In this document: in pieces, positions 1 through 11,805 of the stretch
Layout: each line of letters opens with the position of its first letter
Numbering within the stretch: the stretch's first letter is position 1
From: Octopus sinensis
Lineage: Eukaryota
Direction of reading: 5' to 3'
DNA length: 64,000 nt
Assembly: GCF_006345805.1 (NCBI RefSeq)
Contig: NC_043000.1
Coordinates: forward strand, 2,108,001 to 2,172,000
Made by a program: the position numbers and the translations under genes
Notes under the pieces: model-generated
The model's database searches: none
Seen by the model: the letters and a program-made list of their open reading frames with translations, nothing else
Told to the model about the DNA's origin: nothing

Positions 1-18
1 ACACACACATATATATAT

Positions 19-205
19 AATTGCAGTGTGGAAGGTGTTTATAAGCCATTTAAGAAACTCACAATAACCGGAATTTTGTCAGTGAACAGGTCGCAGTTTC
101 AAAGTGACGAAAATATTTTGACAAATTAAATTTAAATGTTGAAGTGAATCTAACGGTTTTTGTGTGTTTCTTAAATGGCTCACAAACACCTTCCACGCTG
201 CAATT
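19..205. mobile_element. Fold-back/MITE with ~40-bp terminal inverted repeats in a (TA)n context
   Basis: aattgcagtgtggaaggtgtttataagccatttaagaaac (19-58) matches the reverse complement of 166-205 with 3 mismatches. Confidence 0.7.
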
Positions 206-293
206 GTTTTCGTTCCAGCACACGATCTCAGATCAGGTCACTTGCTATGCAAGTACATCTCCGTAATATATATATATATATATATATATGTAG

Positions 294-575
294 CATCATT
301 ATCATCTGCTTTCCATGCTGGCATGGGTTAAATAGTTTGACTGAAACTGGTAAGCTGAAGAGATGCACCAGCTTCCTATCTGATTTGGTATGATTTCCAT
401 GGCTGGATGCCCTTCCTAGCACCAACCACCCATAGAGTGTAATGGCTGTTTTTTATATACCAGTGGCATGGGTGCCAGTTACGTGACACCAGCATTGACC
501 ACAACTATGCTTTCACTTGGCTTGATAAGTCTTCTCAAGCAGAGCACATTGCCTTTGGCCTTGGTCACTTATCAC
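294..575 (-). mobile_element. RTE LINE 3' end (older subfamily)
   Basis: Minus strand has ORF-end-like gctctgcttgagaagac, then the aggaagggcatccagc block, aacccatgccagcatggaaagc and a (GAT)n-type tail; same layout as the copy at 60994-61772. Confidence 0.7.
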
Positions 576-610
576 CTGTGTATTTGTGTTGTATTGGTCC
601 CTCTCCCAAC

Positions 611-721
611 GCTACCAGTAAGGTGAGGGTGGGCAATGAGTACAGCAAAGAATTCAGGATACAAGCAGGGGTTCACTAAGGATCGGTGCTCAGCCCCCTC
701 TTGTTCATCATAGTCCTCCAG
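611..721 (+). pseudogene. RTE-clade reverse transcriptase fragment
   Basis: Translates ATSKVRVGNEYSKEFRIQAGVH*GSVLSPLLFIIVLQ; GVHQGSVLSPLLF is the non-LTR RT QG motif, with an in-frame stop replacing Q. Confidence 0.8.
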
Positions 722-989
722 TTTTGTTTAAATTCTTATAACTTAGTGGTTCGACAAAAGAGGTTGATATATCAAGTACCAGACTTAGAAGTAAGTTTTG
801 GGATTGATTTATTTAGGTGATGTCCTAGGAGGGCCACAGTTTAGCTATAAGGAACAAGTAAAAGATATCTGCCTGTCTGTCTGTCCGTCTATAAAATATA
901 TATATGTGTGTGTATCTTTTTATTCTTTTATTACCTTCTATTTTTTTAGTAGTGGGTAGCGATTTAGTAGTGGGTAGTGGTAGCGATTT

Positions 990-1345
990 TCTTGACTACT
1001 TCAGGGAGTGATGACCCTGCCTGACATGAGTCCCGGGCTCAGCTGGCTCTGGCTGACAGTACTCGGTATGGGCCCCTATCCAGGGTTACGGAAAGGAGAC
1101 AACCTTCAAAGAAATCCGAAGTGGAGCCCCATAGGCGGTTTAGTGTTTGACTCAACACTCTTCCGGCAGCTCCTGCAACCAAGCTGGCGCCAAACGTAAT
1201 GCTCCGCACTCCTTTGGACTACTTCAGCAAGGTCGAGAGAGGAATCCTGACGATTGGGCTACCCAGGATTTTCTTATTTCTAGCCCAGGCCTGCGCAAAA
1301 CTGGAGAGGACACTTCAGTGCTGCTGTAAAAAGTGGCAGAAAAAA
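990..1345 (+). mobile_element. Possible 5' region of an RTE/BovB-like LINE
   Basis: GC-rich island with aaatccgaagtggagccccataggcggtt and gcagctcctgcaaccaagctggcgccaaacgtaatgctcc, which I recall as resembling RTE 5' regions; not verified by alignment. Confidence 0.35.
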
Positions 1346-1726
1346 CATGGGAGGTAGCAGTCACGAGTGATAAGTCCATTCAGATTAGCGTAAGATATAT
1401 TATTTTAGTTGTTCATTATATAACCAGTACTTATTTCTGGTTTTATTTTATCATTTTATACTCTGTCAGTTGGTTATGATACTAAGTCAACAACTGCCTT
1501 GTTAAATAGTTATGTGTACCAGATGAATAAACACTTATAAACAGACACATGTGCATACAACATGCTCCTGAACAGATTTTGTCTATCAAAATCCACTAAT
1601 AATGTATTGGTCTTTATTATGACAACTGTCTACTGTACTGCCCAGTGGGACTGAACCTGAAACCATGTAGTTCTCAAGTTAACTTTTTAACCCTTCTCCA
1701 TACCTGCACCTTGCAAATGCATACAT

Positions 1727-1760
<34 letters not shown>

Positions 1761-1761
<1 letters not shown>

Positions 1762-2183
1762 GTGCAGGTATGGCTGTGTGGTTAAACATTTGCTTCCCAA
1801 CCACATGGTTTTGGGTTCCGTTCTGCTGTGTTGCACCTTCAACAAGTGTCTTCTAGTACAGCCTCAGGCTAACCGAAGCATGGTGAGTGGATTTGGTAGA
1901 TGGAAACTAAAAGAAGCCTGTCATATATATATATATCTTGATATGTATCTATGTGTGTGTGTGTCTTTATATCTGTTTGTCCCTCACAACAGTTTGACAA
2001 CCAATGTTGGTTTGTTTACGTCCCTGTAACTTAGTGGTTCATCAAAAGAGACTGGTAGAATAAGTACCAGGCTTACAAAAAAAAAAAAAAGAACTGGGGT
2101 TGATTCATTTGACTAAAAATTCTTCAAGCTAGTGCCCCAGTATGGTCGCAATATAATGACTGAAACATGTAAAAGACAAAAGA
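1761..2183 (+). mobile_element. tRNA-derived SINE, family B (CORE-like middle, internal TA/TG tract)
   Basis: Head tggctgtgtggtt..ggttccgttc (A/B-box-like), aagtgtcttcta block and tail cagtatggtcgc..atgactgaaacatgtaaaag, shared with about 20 copies in the window. Confidence 0.85.
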
Positions 2184-2205
2184 CACATAGGCCTAACACA
2201 CTGTG

Positions 2206-2236
<31 letters not shown>

Positions 2237-2260
2237 TGTGTGTGTGTAATTCATTTCTGA

Positions 2261-2788
2261 CCCTTTGGAATTCAGATTACTCTGTCAATATCATGTGATC
2301 ACGTGACCGACCAGTTCATCAGATGTTGTTACACATCGCTGGTCACAATGCGTTTGCATTGTTTTAGCCTTCGAATGACGCCACCCCGCTGGCTAAGCGA
2401 GCAGGCCAACAAAAGAAAGAGTGGGAGAAAGAGTGGTGAAAGAGTACAGCAGGGATCACCACCATCCCCTGCCGGAGTCTCGTGGAGCTTTTTAGGTGTT
2501 TTCGCTCAATAAACACTCACAACGCCCGGTCTGGGAATCGAAACCGCGATCCTACGACCGCGAGTCCGCTGCCCTAACCACTGGGCCATTGCGCCTCCAC
2601 CTGTCAATATATAATGGTTATTTATTCCCATTGTTTTGAATTAATCATGCATTAGCTGATAGCTTCAAGATTTCAATGATGTGACTGTCCGTTTTTGAAT
2701 GATTCTGTAGGGTAGGTATGAAAGGCGGGATCTGGCCAGATAGAATATTTAGGCTTGATATTGTCTTGCTTAAATGCTAAAGGGTTAA
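2261..2788. mobile_element. TTAA-flanked (piggyBac-type ends) MITE containing a nested SINE
   Basis: Ends ccctttgg.. and ..aatgctaaagggTTAA; body matches 13982-14213 and 23276-23717. Confidence 0.7.
2292..2600 (-). mobile_element. tRNA-derived SINE, family A, with 10-bp TSD
   Basis: Minus head gtggaggcgcaatggcccagtggttagggcagcgg..tttcgattcccagacc; TSD ctgtcaatat at 2282-2291 and 2601-2610. Confidence 0.9.
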
Positions 2789-2879
2789 CTATATCATGGG
2801 GTACTTTAGAGTAGACAATTAGCTTCGTTTTCGGTCAAATTAAGGTATGTTCTGTGAAGCTCATGTTTATGTTTCTGAA

Positions 2880-3058
2880 TGTACTCCCCCCCCCCACACA
2901 CACATATGTATATATGTGTTTATTTGTATGTATGTATGTATGTATGTATGTAGAGGCACGTGTGTGTGTGTATTATATATATATATATATAGGCATGTGT
3001 GTATATATAGGCACGTGTGTGTGTGTGTGTGTATATATATATAGGCATGTGTGTGTGT

Positions 3059-3092
<34 letters not shown>

Positions 3093-3134
3093 GGCATGTG
3101 TATATATACATATATAGGCATGTGTATGTATACA

Positions 3135-3166
<32 letters not shown>

Positions 3167-3228
3167 GTCATGTGTATGTATATATATAATATACATATAT
3201 ATATATAGGCATGTGTATGTATATATAT

Positions 3229-3275
<47 letters not shown>

Positions 3276-3293
3276 CATGTGTATGTATATGTA

Positions 3294-3324
<31 letters not shown>

Positions 3325-3400
3325 TATATATATATATATACACACATACATACAGGCATGTGTGAATATGTTTGTATATACATATGTATATATATATATC
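2880..3400. repeat. Compound (TA)n/(TG)n microsatellite with repeated taggcatgtg unit
   Basis: Direct inspection. Confidence 0.95.
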
Positions 3401-4312
3401 GTAACCACATCTGTCATGTCTGACAGCATGTTTTGCTAAATTCTTCTCCTGGATAATGTTTTCCTTTTCTTATTAATGTAATAAAAAGAAATGTGCGTGT
3501 GTATGTGTGTGTATGTATGTATGAGTGTGTGTGTATGTGTGTTCATCCTTCTATATGTATATAATACTTGTGTGTATGTTGGTATATTTTAGTAGAAGGC
3601 TTCTGCACTAATAATCTTTTCCACATATACAACTCAATGCTTTTTGTGTGTGTGTGTTTCTGCATTTGTTTGTGAGTCTGTGTGTATGTAAGTACACACA
3701 CATGCACACACACACACACACATACACACAGACACGCACTTATAAACAAGTGCACACACATATACATGCATGGAAACTCACACACAAACAGACACACACA
3801 CAATCAAATAAATGTATTCGCACATAGAAATTTGCTCCCACGTGAACATGTTTTTCCGGATGTTTCTAGATGTATCTTTAGTTATTGGCAAGCTAGTGGC
3901 TGGAGCCTCCTGTCTGCTTATAACATTCGTAACAACACGGTGGGATGCTAATGAAATGCTCACATGTGTGTATGTGTGTGGGTGCATATAAAGTATATAC
4001 ACACACACACACACACACATGTAGTTGTGTATATACAAGTATGAATGAGATTTTGTGCTTGTATGAGTATGCATATAGTTGTTTATACATATACGTGTGA
4101 ATAGTTGTGTAGATATGTGTGTGTATGTATCTGCATGTGTGTGTGTGTAAATGAGCATACAATTTTGTATAGGTAATATATATATATATATAAATATTCA
4201 CATACATATACACAATAATATGCACACACACACATACACCCTTGTACATTTAACGAGCTTGGAGATAAGTGTAATATTACAGTGAATTACTCAAAATTGT
4301 TAATTTTAAGTG

Positions 4313-4384
4313 GAAAATTTCCCACGAACATGCATTGTTTACAAAACTACACACAGACATCAATACTTGCATACACCCATATAT

Positions 4385-4427
<43 letters not shown>

Positions 4428-4825
4428 AATATATATATTGACTGGGCCTGATGACTGGGCCTGATTTGACTGGGCCTGATGAAGCCTTCTGGCTTCACAG
4501 ACCCCAGTAGAACCGTCCAACCCATGCTAGCATGGAAAAACGGACGCTAAATGATGATGATGATGATGATGATATATATATATATATATACACACCCTTT
4601 CCTAACCTTGTAGCAAACACCCACTTTGTTTATCATGCACCTTTCACTACCCTTTGTAGCACATGCTTGGATGCATATACATAACGTGCACATAAACCAT
4701 AAAAAAAAACACACACACACACGTGTACACACAAACATACAATACACACACACACTCAGTGGAAAATTTCTCACGTACATACATTGTTCACAAAACTACA
4801 CACAGACGTCAACACTTGCATACAC

Positions 4826-4877
<52 letters not shown>

Positions 4878-5030
4878 CTTTTCCTAACCACTTTGTTTAA
4901 CATGCACCTTTCACAACTCTTGTAGCACATGCTAGCATGCATACATACATATATAACATGCACATAAACCGTTAAAAACACACACACACACACACACGTG
5001 TACACACAAACATACATACACACACACACA
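4313..5030. repeat. Diverged tandem duplication (~280-bp unit) with an RTE tail stub (4436-4572) in the first copy
   Basis: ggaaaatttc..aaaactacacacagac..acttgcatacacccatata at 4313 and 4761; ccactttgttta.catgcacctttcac at ~4622 and ~4888. Confidence 0.75.
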
Positions 5031-5623
5031 CAATCACCCTTTACTAACCTGGTACCACACAAAAATGTGTGTTCTCTATTTGAACCCTGTGTGTTTTCAG
5101 TTTGAGCACTTGCCATATTCGTCCTCTCTAACCGACCATGATTTCATGCAACGCTGGACTTGACACAACTGTCATTGCTGATGATGATGATGATTTATGT
5201 ATGTGTGTACGTGAAACAATCCTCACCGAATTCTGTAACCGTTTCCTTCTCCATAAACCTCTCTATCTGCAGCTTACTTATTGTTTCCTATTTCTGTAAC
5301 TCTATACTACCACCTCAAGTTCTCCCTCTCTACACATCTTTTTCTTTCTCTCTCTTTTTACACAGTTCTCTGTTAGTATACAGAGTGTGTATGTTTATTT
5401 GTGTATATTCCTCTCTATATATGTTTGTGTATTTTTTGTATCCTCTCTCTCTCTCTAGCTTCTTTTCTATCTATCTGTCCATCTCCCTCTCTTTCGGTGT
5501 ATAGAGCTATCTGTTGTTGTGTGCATGTGTATCTGTGTCTACTGTTTACATGCCTGTTTGTATGCACCTCTATATATTACTTGCATATGCTCGTGTATAT
5601 CTCAACATTCCTTTCTCTCTCTT

Positions 5624-5654
<31 letters not shown>

Positions 5655-6036
5655 TATTTGTCATTGATGTGTGTGTTTTGATCATGAAAATAAACGTGTG
5701 AAACCATGGTTCATGAGTTGCTGCTAACTATTACTTTTGGTCCTTATCAGTATCCCAGCTGAGAATAAGTCACTGTGTGTGGGTGTGTCCCTCAAAATCC
5801 CCTACTTACTCAGTCACCTGTCACATATTGTTAGAGAGTGGGGTACAGAATTTTGTCCCAGCTAATAGGGACATAAGGTTAAGCTCTCCTATCCTATCTA
5901 GCAGTAAACTGCACTGGGAAACTTTTTCCACCTGTCCCCTTTGATAAACTGTTACACAATATATAGGAAAATGCAGTAAGAAGTGGCATGTGAAGAGCCT
6001 GTGTTGCCTCGAGACCAGAGGTTTAGCATAGATGCT

Positions 6037-6249
6037 TACGAGAAGGTGCAGAAAAGTTCCTGGCCTTGGGTAAAAGAAGATACAGGAGGACCAGTTAATT
6101 AAGATTTTATTCAATATATTCCCCTTTCACATTCACACACTTATTGCAGTGGTCCATCTAATCTCTGTAAAAGATCTCAGAAGGTTGGGCCTCCAACTAG
6201 GCCTTTGACAATACCCTTAAAGCCAGGAACTTTTCAGCACCCCCTTGTA
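6037..6249. mobile_element. Tc1/mariner-type MITE (TA ends, ~30-bp TIR)
   Basis: tacgagaaggtgcagaaaagttcctggcctt versus reverse complement of aaagccaggaacttttcagcacccccttgta; second copy at 15550-15768. Confidence 0.8.
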
Positions 6250-6294
6250 TAGCGGTCAATTTTATTAATGCTGGGTGGTGTGTTAGTCTTATTT

Positions 6295-6582
6295 ATTTTA
6301 TTTATGCGCCCTTTTCAAGCCTAGCCAGGCTCATGGGCCCGATTTCTCAGTTTCTGTGGTGTATGTGTTCCATCACAGCATTACTCAAGAAACAGGAAGA
6401 AAGAGTGAGAGAAAGTTTGGGGCAAAAGAGTACAACAGGGGTCGCCCCCTCCCCTGCCGGAGCCTCGTGGAGCTTTAGGTGTTTTCGCTCAATAAACACA
6501 CACAACACCTGGTCTGGGAATCGAAACCCCGATCCTCTGACTGCGAGTCTGCTGCCCTAACCATTGGGCCATTGCGCCTCCT
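6295..6582 (-). mobile_element. SINE with family-A head and a different tail
   Basis: Family-A head and cctgccggagcctcgtggagctttaggtg block; 3' part differs and ends in (TAAA)n. Confidence 0.75.
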
Positions 6583-6719
6583 GTATTAGCCTTACCACCT
6601 AAAAGGAGAAATTAAAATGGATCCATGGTATTTTATCATGACTCCAGCAAAACAATAGAGAATTCTTCTACTCGGTGCTGCTTCTTCATGATTAACCCTT
6701 GGTTAGTCCACATTACTCT

Positions 6720-6945
6720 GTAGGGAGCATAGGGCCGGTTTCTCAGTTTTCTGGTGTATATATATTCGTCCTTGGACAGGAAGCTGGTTTGTTGCAGGAT
6801 TACCCATTTTTACCAGCTAAGGTAACTGGAGCAATGTAAAGTGAAGTGTTTTGCTTAAGAACACAATGCATTGCCCAGTCCAGGAATCGAAACCACAATC
6901 TTATGATCATAAGTCCAACACTCTAATCTCTAAGCCATGTGTCTT
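6720..6945 (-). mobile_element. tRNA-derived SINE, family F
   Basis: Minus head with tttcgattcctggactgggc..gtgttcttaagc..cattgctccagtt, as in the copy at 44388-44680. Confidence 0.6.
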
Positions 6946-8086
6946 TACTGAGACCAACATCCTAACCACTAAACCATGTGCCTCCTCCTTTATTGTATGG
7001 AAATTGTGTACACTCAGTTCCATACATGTGCACTCAAGACACAGGAATCAAGTTAACTTGTTTGTGATTGGGTATTGTCTGAAATTCTCCACATTTCATA
7101 TGATGTAGTATGCTTGTTTTAATTCTGCTGGTCAGTAGAAAGAGGTTGTGGGAACTGATTTACATATGATTAGCATGTTACATTATCAACAAGAATTTAT
7201 TTAGTGGATACAGTGAGGGTCAAGATTGGTCAGAGATCCATAACAGGTTGTCTTTGCTATAGCTTTAGATGCCATATTTCTTTCTTGGGATGGTTCTTTG
7301 GTATTTGAATGCAGAGTTTTGAGACAGTGTGGATATCAAAATAGAGAAAGAATAGGGGGAAATTAAAAGAAGGGAAAGATATACAAAGTTTCAGAGGAAA
7401 TATATGAACAGGCCTTTATCCATGTTCACCATTCACTGCATTTACCTCTATCTCTAACCATCTGTGAACCAACCCATCCACAGTCCTTATTCCTTCTTTA
7501 TTCACCATCTTGCATCTTTATGGTACACCCTGATACTTCAACTCCACCGTCTTTTCTCTCTTTTATGTTGGGGTAGCCATGTATCTCTCCAGCAAAATGC
7601 CTGTTCTTGACACTATCTACCATTCATACTTTAGCTTCTCAACGTCTGGCCAGAAAATCACTTCCCTCAGTATTAAGCACCTCCCCCCCCACTCTGTCAA
7701 GAGTTCTTGTCTTGTGAATTACTTGCTGACCTTACTTGTGTTGGTGCCACAGAAAAAGAAAAAAGAAAAATCCACCTTGCGCATGCTGTAAAGCAGTAGG
7801 CATTAGGAAGAAGGGTATCAAACCATACAACCTTACCAAAGCAGACACTGGGGCCAAACACAGCCCTTTGGCTCATTGGGTTCTTTTGAACCATCTTGCC
7901 CATGCTAGCATGGAACATGGACATTAAATGATTGCATCTTGTCAAAAGTGTGTACATCCCACAACTGATTTGTTAGGACTTCATTGAGATCGCATACATG
8001 TGTATAATGATAAACAAATTCATCTCCTTATTGGAGCCCTCTCAGTTCCTCTCCATCTCTCAGCTGAGACAGCCTTGTCTTGTAAG

Positions 8087-8340
8087 CCACTCGATGACCC
8101 TGTGGGTACTGGCACCATGTAAAAGGCACCTGTGTGAGCGGCATGTGCAGGAGCACCCTTTCCAGTGCCATGTGAAAAGCACCCAGTATACTCAGTAAAA
8201 TGGTTGGCATTAGGAAGGGCATCCAACTGTAGAGACTATGCCAAAACAGACAACTGGAGTCCGGTGCAGCTCTCCAGCTTTCCAGGCACTTGTCAAACTG
8301 TCCCAACCCATGCCAGCATGGAAAATGGATGATGATAATG
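8087..8340 (+). mobile_element. RTE LINE 3'UTR fragment
   Basis: ggttggcattaggaagggcatcc..aacccatgccagcatggaaaatggatgatgat. Confidence 0.8.
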
Positions 8341-9132
8341 ATATACATACAGGTATGGAGGCACACAAATAATAGACCAGCTCTAACAGAGAATTGAACC
8401 TGGGTTGAAGATTTTGCTCTCAGGAGCTTAGCTTATTGTATTGGCATCCTTTCTGTCTCGGGAGACAATGGAGTTGCGCATGTTGTTTTGTTTTTTTTTT
8501 TTTAGTCTAGTCCGGCTTTTATATTTCATGTCCTGATACATTTCCTGCTGTGGCTGTGTAGTCCTATCCTGGACAAACACTCCCTCTGGCAGGTACCGCC
8601 AGAGGGAGTGTTTGTCTAGGAGCTTACCTTATATCACTCTGTAATTGTCATATATAAGACGTTTGTAGCATGACATATCTCCGTGGTAGCCAAAAAGGGC
8701 TTTCCAACATATTTGAACGCCTACTCAGTCTATAGTTCCATGCGAGTATAATTATTACCCAATAGTGATTATAATTTTGTGTTTTTTGCAGATTAGATGA
8801 TTAAGAGTGGAATGATTGATTCATTTCAATAATCAAGAACTACCCTGATAGAAATCTTGGTTATAACCGGATGTATATATATATACACACACCTACACAT
8901 TTTACTGCTTAATTAAGGAGTAAAAGTGATCAATAGATATGACGTAGACTGTTCACTCATTCTGTTAATTTCAGATGAATGTGTGCTTATATATGTATAT
9001 AAATATATATATATATATATTATATATATATATATGCATACACACAAACTGCACATACATACATATATATATACATACATTATATATATATATATCAAAC
9101 TATGTAAATATACATATACACACACACACACT

Positions 9133-9179
<47 letters not shown>

Positions 9180-9377
9180 TAAAGGTTAGCTGCGTTAGAG
9201 GTTAAAATAACCATCTAAGGGATAAAAAGTATCCATTATACTACTGGTATATTACCTATGTTTAACCATGGGCATACATATGCAAGCATATTATGCTCAT
9301 AAACTATAGTTAAAGACAAGGATAAACATGAGTTTATCAGGAATCAAAGTTTAAAGAAAAAAGAAAATGGAGAAATA

Positions 9378-9593
9378 TTATTTTCTACCCTAAGCACAAG
9401 GTCTGAAATTTTGCAGGAGGAGGCCAGTTGATTAGATCGACCCCAGTATGCAACTGGTACTTAATTTATCGACCCCAAGAGGATGAAAGACAAAGCTGAC
9501 CATGGTGGAGTTTGAACTCAGAACATAAAGACAGACGAAATGCTACTCAGCATTTTGCCTGGAGTACTTACATTTCTGCCAGCTCGCTGCCTA
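9378..9593 (-). mobile_element. tRNA-derived SINE, family C
   Basis: Minus head aggcagcgagctggcagaaat..gagttcaaac..gctttgtctttcatcctcttggggtcgataaattaagtaccag. Confidence 0.8.
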
Positions 9594-9959
9594 AATGGAG
9601 AAATATCGATGAACAACAATTGACTTACATCAATTATTATTTATCAATTCAATACAAATTGACAGCATCCCGTCTAACTGCTGTTTCTGCTTCCAATGTT
9701 GTATGGTATTGCCATTGAGATGCTAAAAATATATTTGGTAATAAAACTGATCTAAAACATGGAGCTTCATCGAAGTGAAGAATAAAGAAAAAAAGAAGGG
9801 CCTAGAGAAGAAAAAGGAAAAGTTGAATATGGTTATAATCATACCATTTTGCTTGTGTATCTCTTTGCGACGTTAAGTAAATAACTAAACTTAAAATAGT
9901 ATTTGGTGGGTTAATCCTTTGTACAAGGAGTGGATAGGATGGATATATGTATATATATA

Positions 9960-10190
9960 TATATGTGGCCGTTTGCCAGCTCTGTCTGGCACCTGTGCGG
10001 GTGGCATGTAAAAAGCACCCACTACACTCACGGAGTGGTTGGCGTTAGGAAGGGCATCCAGCCGTAGAAACACTGCCAGATCTGACTGGGCCTGATGAAG
10101 CCTTCCAGCTTCACAGACCCCAGTTGAACCGTCCAACCCATGCTAGCATGGAGAACGGACGCTAAATGATGATGATGATGATGATGATAT
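9960..10190 (+). mobile_element. RTE LINE 3'UTR fragment in (TA)n
   Basis: gtgcgggtggcatgtaaaaagcacc unit, aggaagggcatccagcc, catgctagcatggagaacggacgctaaa(tga)n. Confidence 0.85.
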
Positions 10191-10630
10191 ATATTATATA
10201 TATATATATATATATTTAAAAACTTGGAGAAGAGAAATATAGAAATAACGCATGCGTTCGGTCATATAGTAATATAATAAATAAATAAAATATATGCATA
10301 TATACATTCATATATGTACATACTTACATCTACATGTATATATACATGCATACATATATATATATATATATATATGAGTACAGGACACCACAAATAAACG
10401 TAGAACACGAGAGACGAGAACATGAAATCAAACAAGGAAACGGACTTTTTTTAAACAACGAAAAAACAGAGTACAGGACAAACAATACAAGGAAAATTCC
10501 CCTTCATCAGCTGTCCCTGGTTCGACTCAAAGTGTGTTTATATACATACATACATATAAGAGGGAATTTTACCACTATGTGGAAACCCTTATGCCAGAAG
10601 AAGATCCGCTATGGTCTTAACCACCAAGAA

Positions 10631-10735
10631 TTGTTCTCTAGAAAATTTAGCAAATTTTCTATATATATATATAGAAAATTTGCTAAATTTTCTATATATA
10701 TATATAGAAAATTTGCTAAATTTTCTAGAGAACAA
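10631..10735. repeat. Nested palindrome: three 23-bp self-complementary units separated by (TA)6
   Basis: ttgttctc-tagaaaatttAGCaaattttcta-(ta)n-tagaaaatttGCTaaattttcta-(ta)n-tagaaaatttGCTaaattttcta-gagaacaa. Confidence 0.9.
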
Positions 10736-11134
10736 TATATACATGCACAAACATGTATATATATGTATATTATGTATATTTACTGTATTTGTTGCATATG
10801 GGTGTTTATCCATTTTGTTGCTACTCAGATGTTGCTGAAACAATCACATGTACGAGCAAAAAGCATAAAACTCTGAGTAGCAAAAGGGTAAATCATTAGC
10901 TGTTCCCAGTATTTTTACACACACAGGCACACACACACACAATATGTGATGGGCTTCTTTCAGTTTCTCTTGATCAAATCCACTGACAAGGCTCTGGTCA
11001 GCCTGAGGCTATAGTGGAAGACACTTGCCCAAAATGTCACACTGGAGGACTGAACCCAAAACCATCTGGTTTGGAAGCAAATGTGTTACCACTCAGCCAT
11101 ACCTGCAGCTACTTTTAAATAGTAAATGCAGAGG

Positions 11135-11805
11135 CATCCTTGTTTGGCACGTAAAAATCACCAACCGATCGTGGCCGTTGCCAGCCTCCCCTGGCACCTG
11201 TGCCGTTGGCACATAAAAATCACCCACTACACTCACGGAGTGGTTGGCATTAGGAAGGGCATCCAGCTGTAGAAACACTGCCAGAATATAGGCGCAGGAG
11301 TGGCTGTGTGGTAAGTAGCTTGCTAACCAACCATATGGTTCCGGGTTCAGTCCCACTGTGTGGCATCTTGGGCAAGTGTCTTCTGCTATAGCCCTGGGCT
11401 GACCAATGCCTTGTGAGTGGATTTGGTAGACGGAAACTGAAAGAAGCCTGTCATATATATGTATATATATATGTATGTGTGTGTGTATGTTTGTGTGTCT
11501 GTGTTTGTCCCCCCAACATTGCTTGACAACTGATGGTGGTGTGTTTATGTTCCCATCACTTAGCGGTTCGGCAAAAGAGACCGATAGAATAAGTACTGGG
11601 CTTACAAAGAATAAGTCCCAGGGTCGATTTGCTCGACTAAAGGTGGTGCTCCAGCATGGCCGCAGTCAAATGACTGAAACAAGTAAAAAAAAAAAAAAAA
11701 AAGATCAGACTGGAGCCTGGTGCAGCCTCCTGGCTTCCCAGACCCCGGTCGAACTGTCCAACCCATGCTAGCATGGAAAACGGACGTTAAACGATGATGA
11801 TGATT
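11135..11805 (+). mobile_element. RTE 3'UTR fragment interrupted by a family-B SINE
   Basis: Removing 11288-11702 restores aaacactgccagatcagactggagcc as in intact copies. Confidence 0.85.
11288..11702 (+). mobile_element. Family-B SINE, full length
   Basis: ggcgcaggagtggctgtgtggtaagtagcttg head through gaaacaagt and an A-tail. Confidence 0.9.

Noticed and set aside
4436-4500. CTGATGA followed by a hairpin in RTE tails (also at ~10090)
   Set aside because: No GAAA or helix III follows, so it is not a hammerhead
5095-5165. FEHLPYSSSLTDHDF, resembling mariner HPPYSPDLAPSDF
   Set aside because: Isolated short match with no flanking transposase motifs
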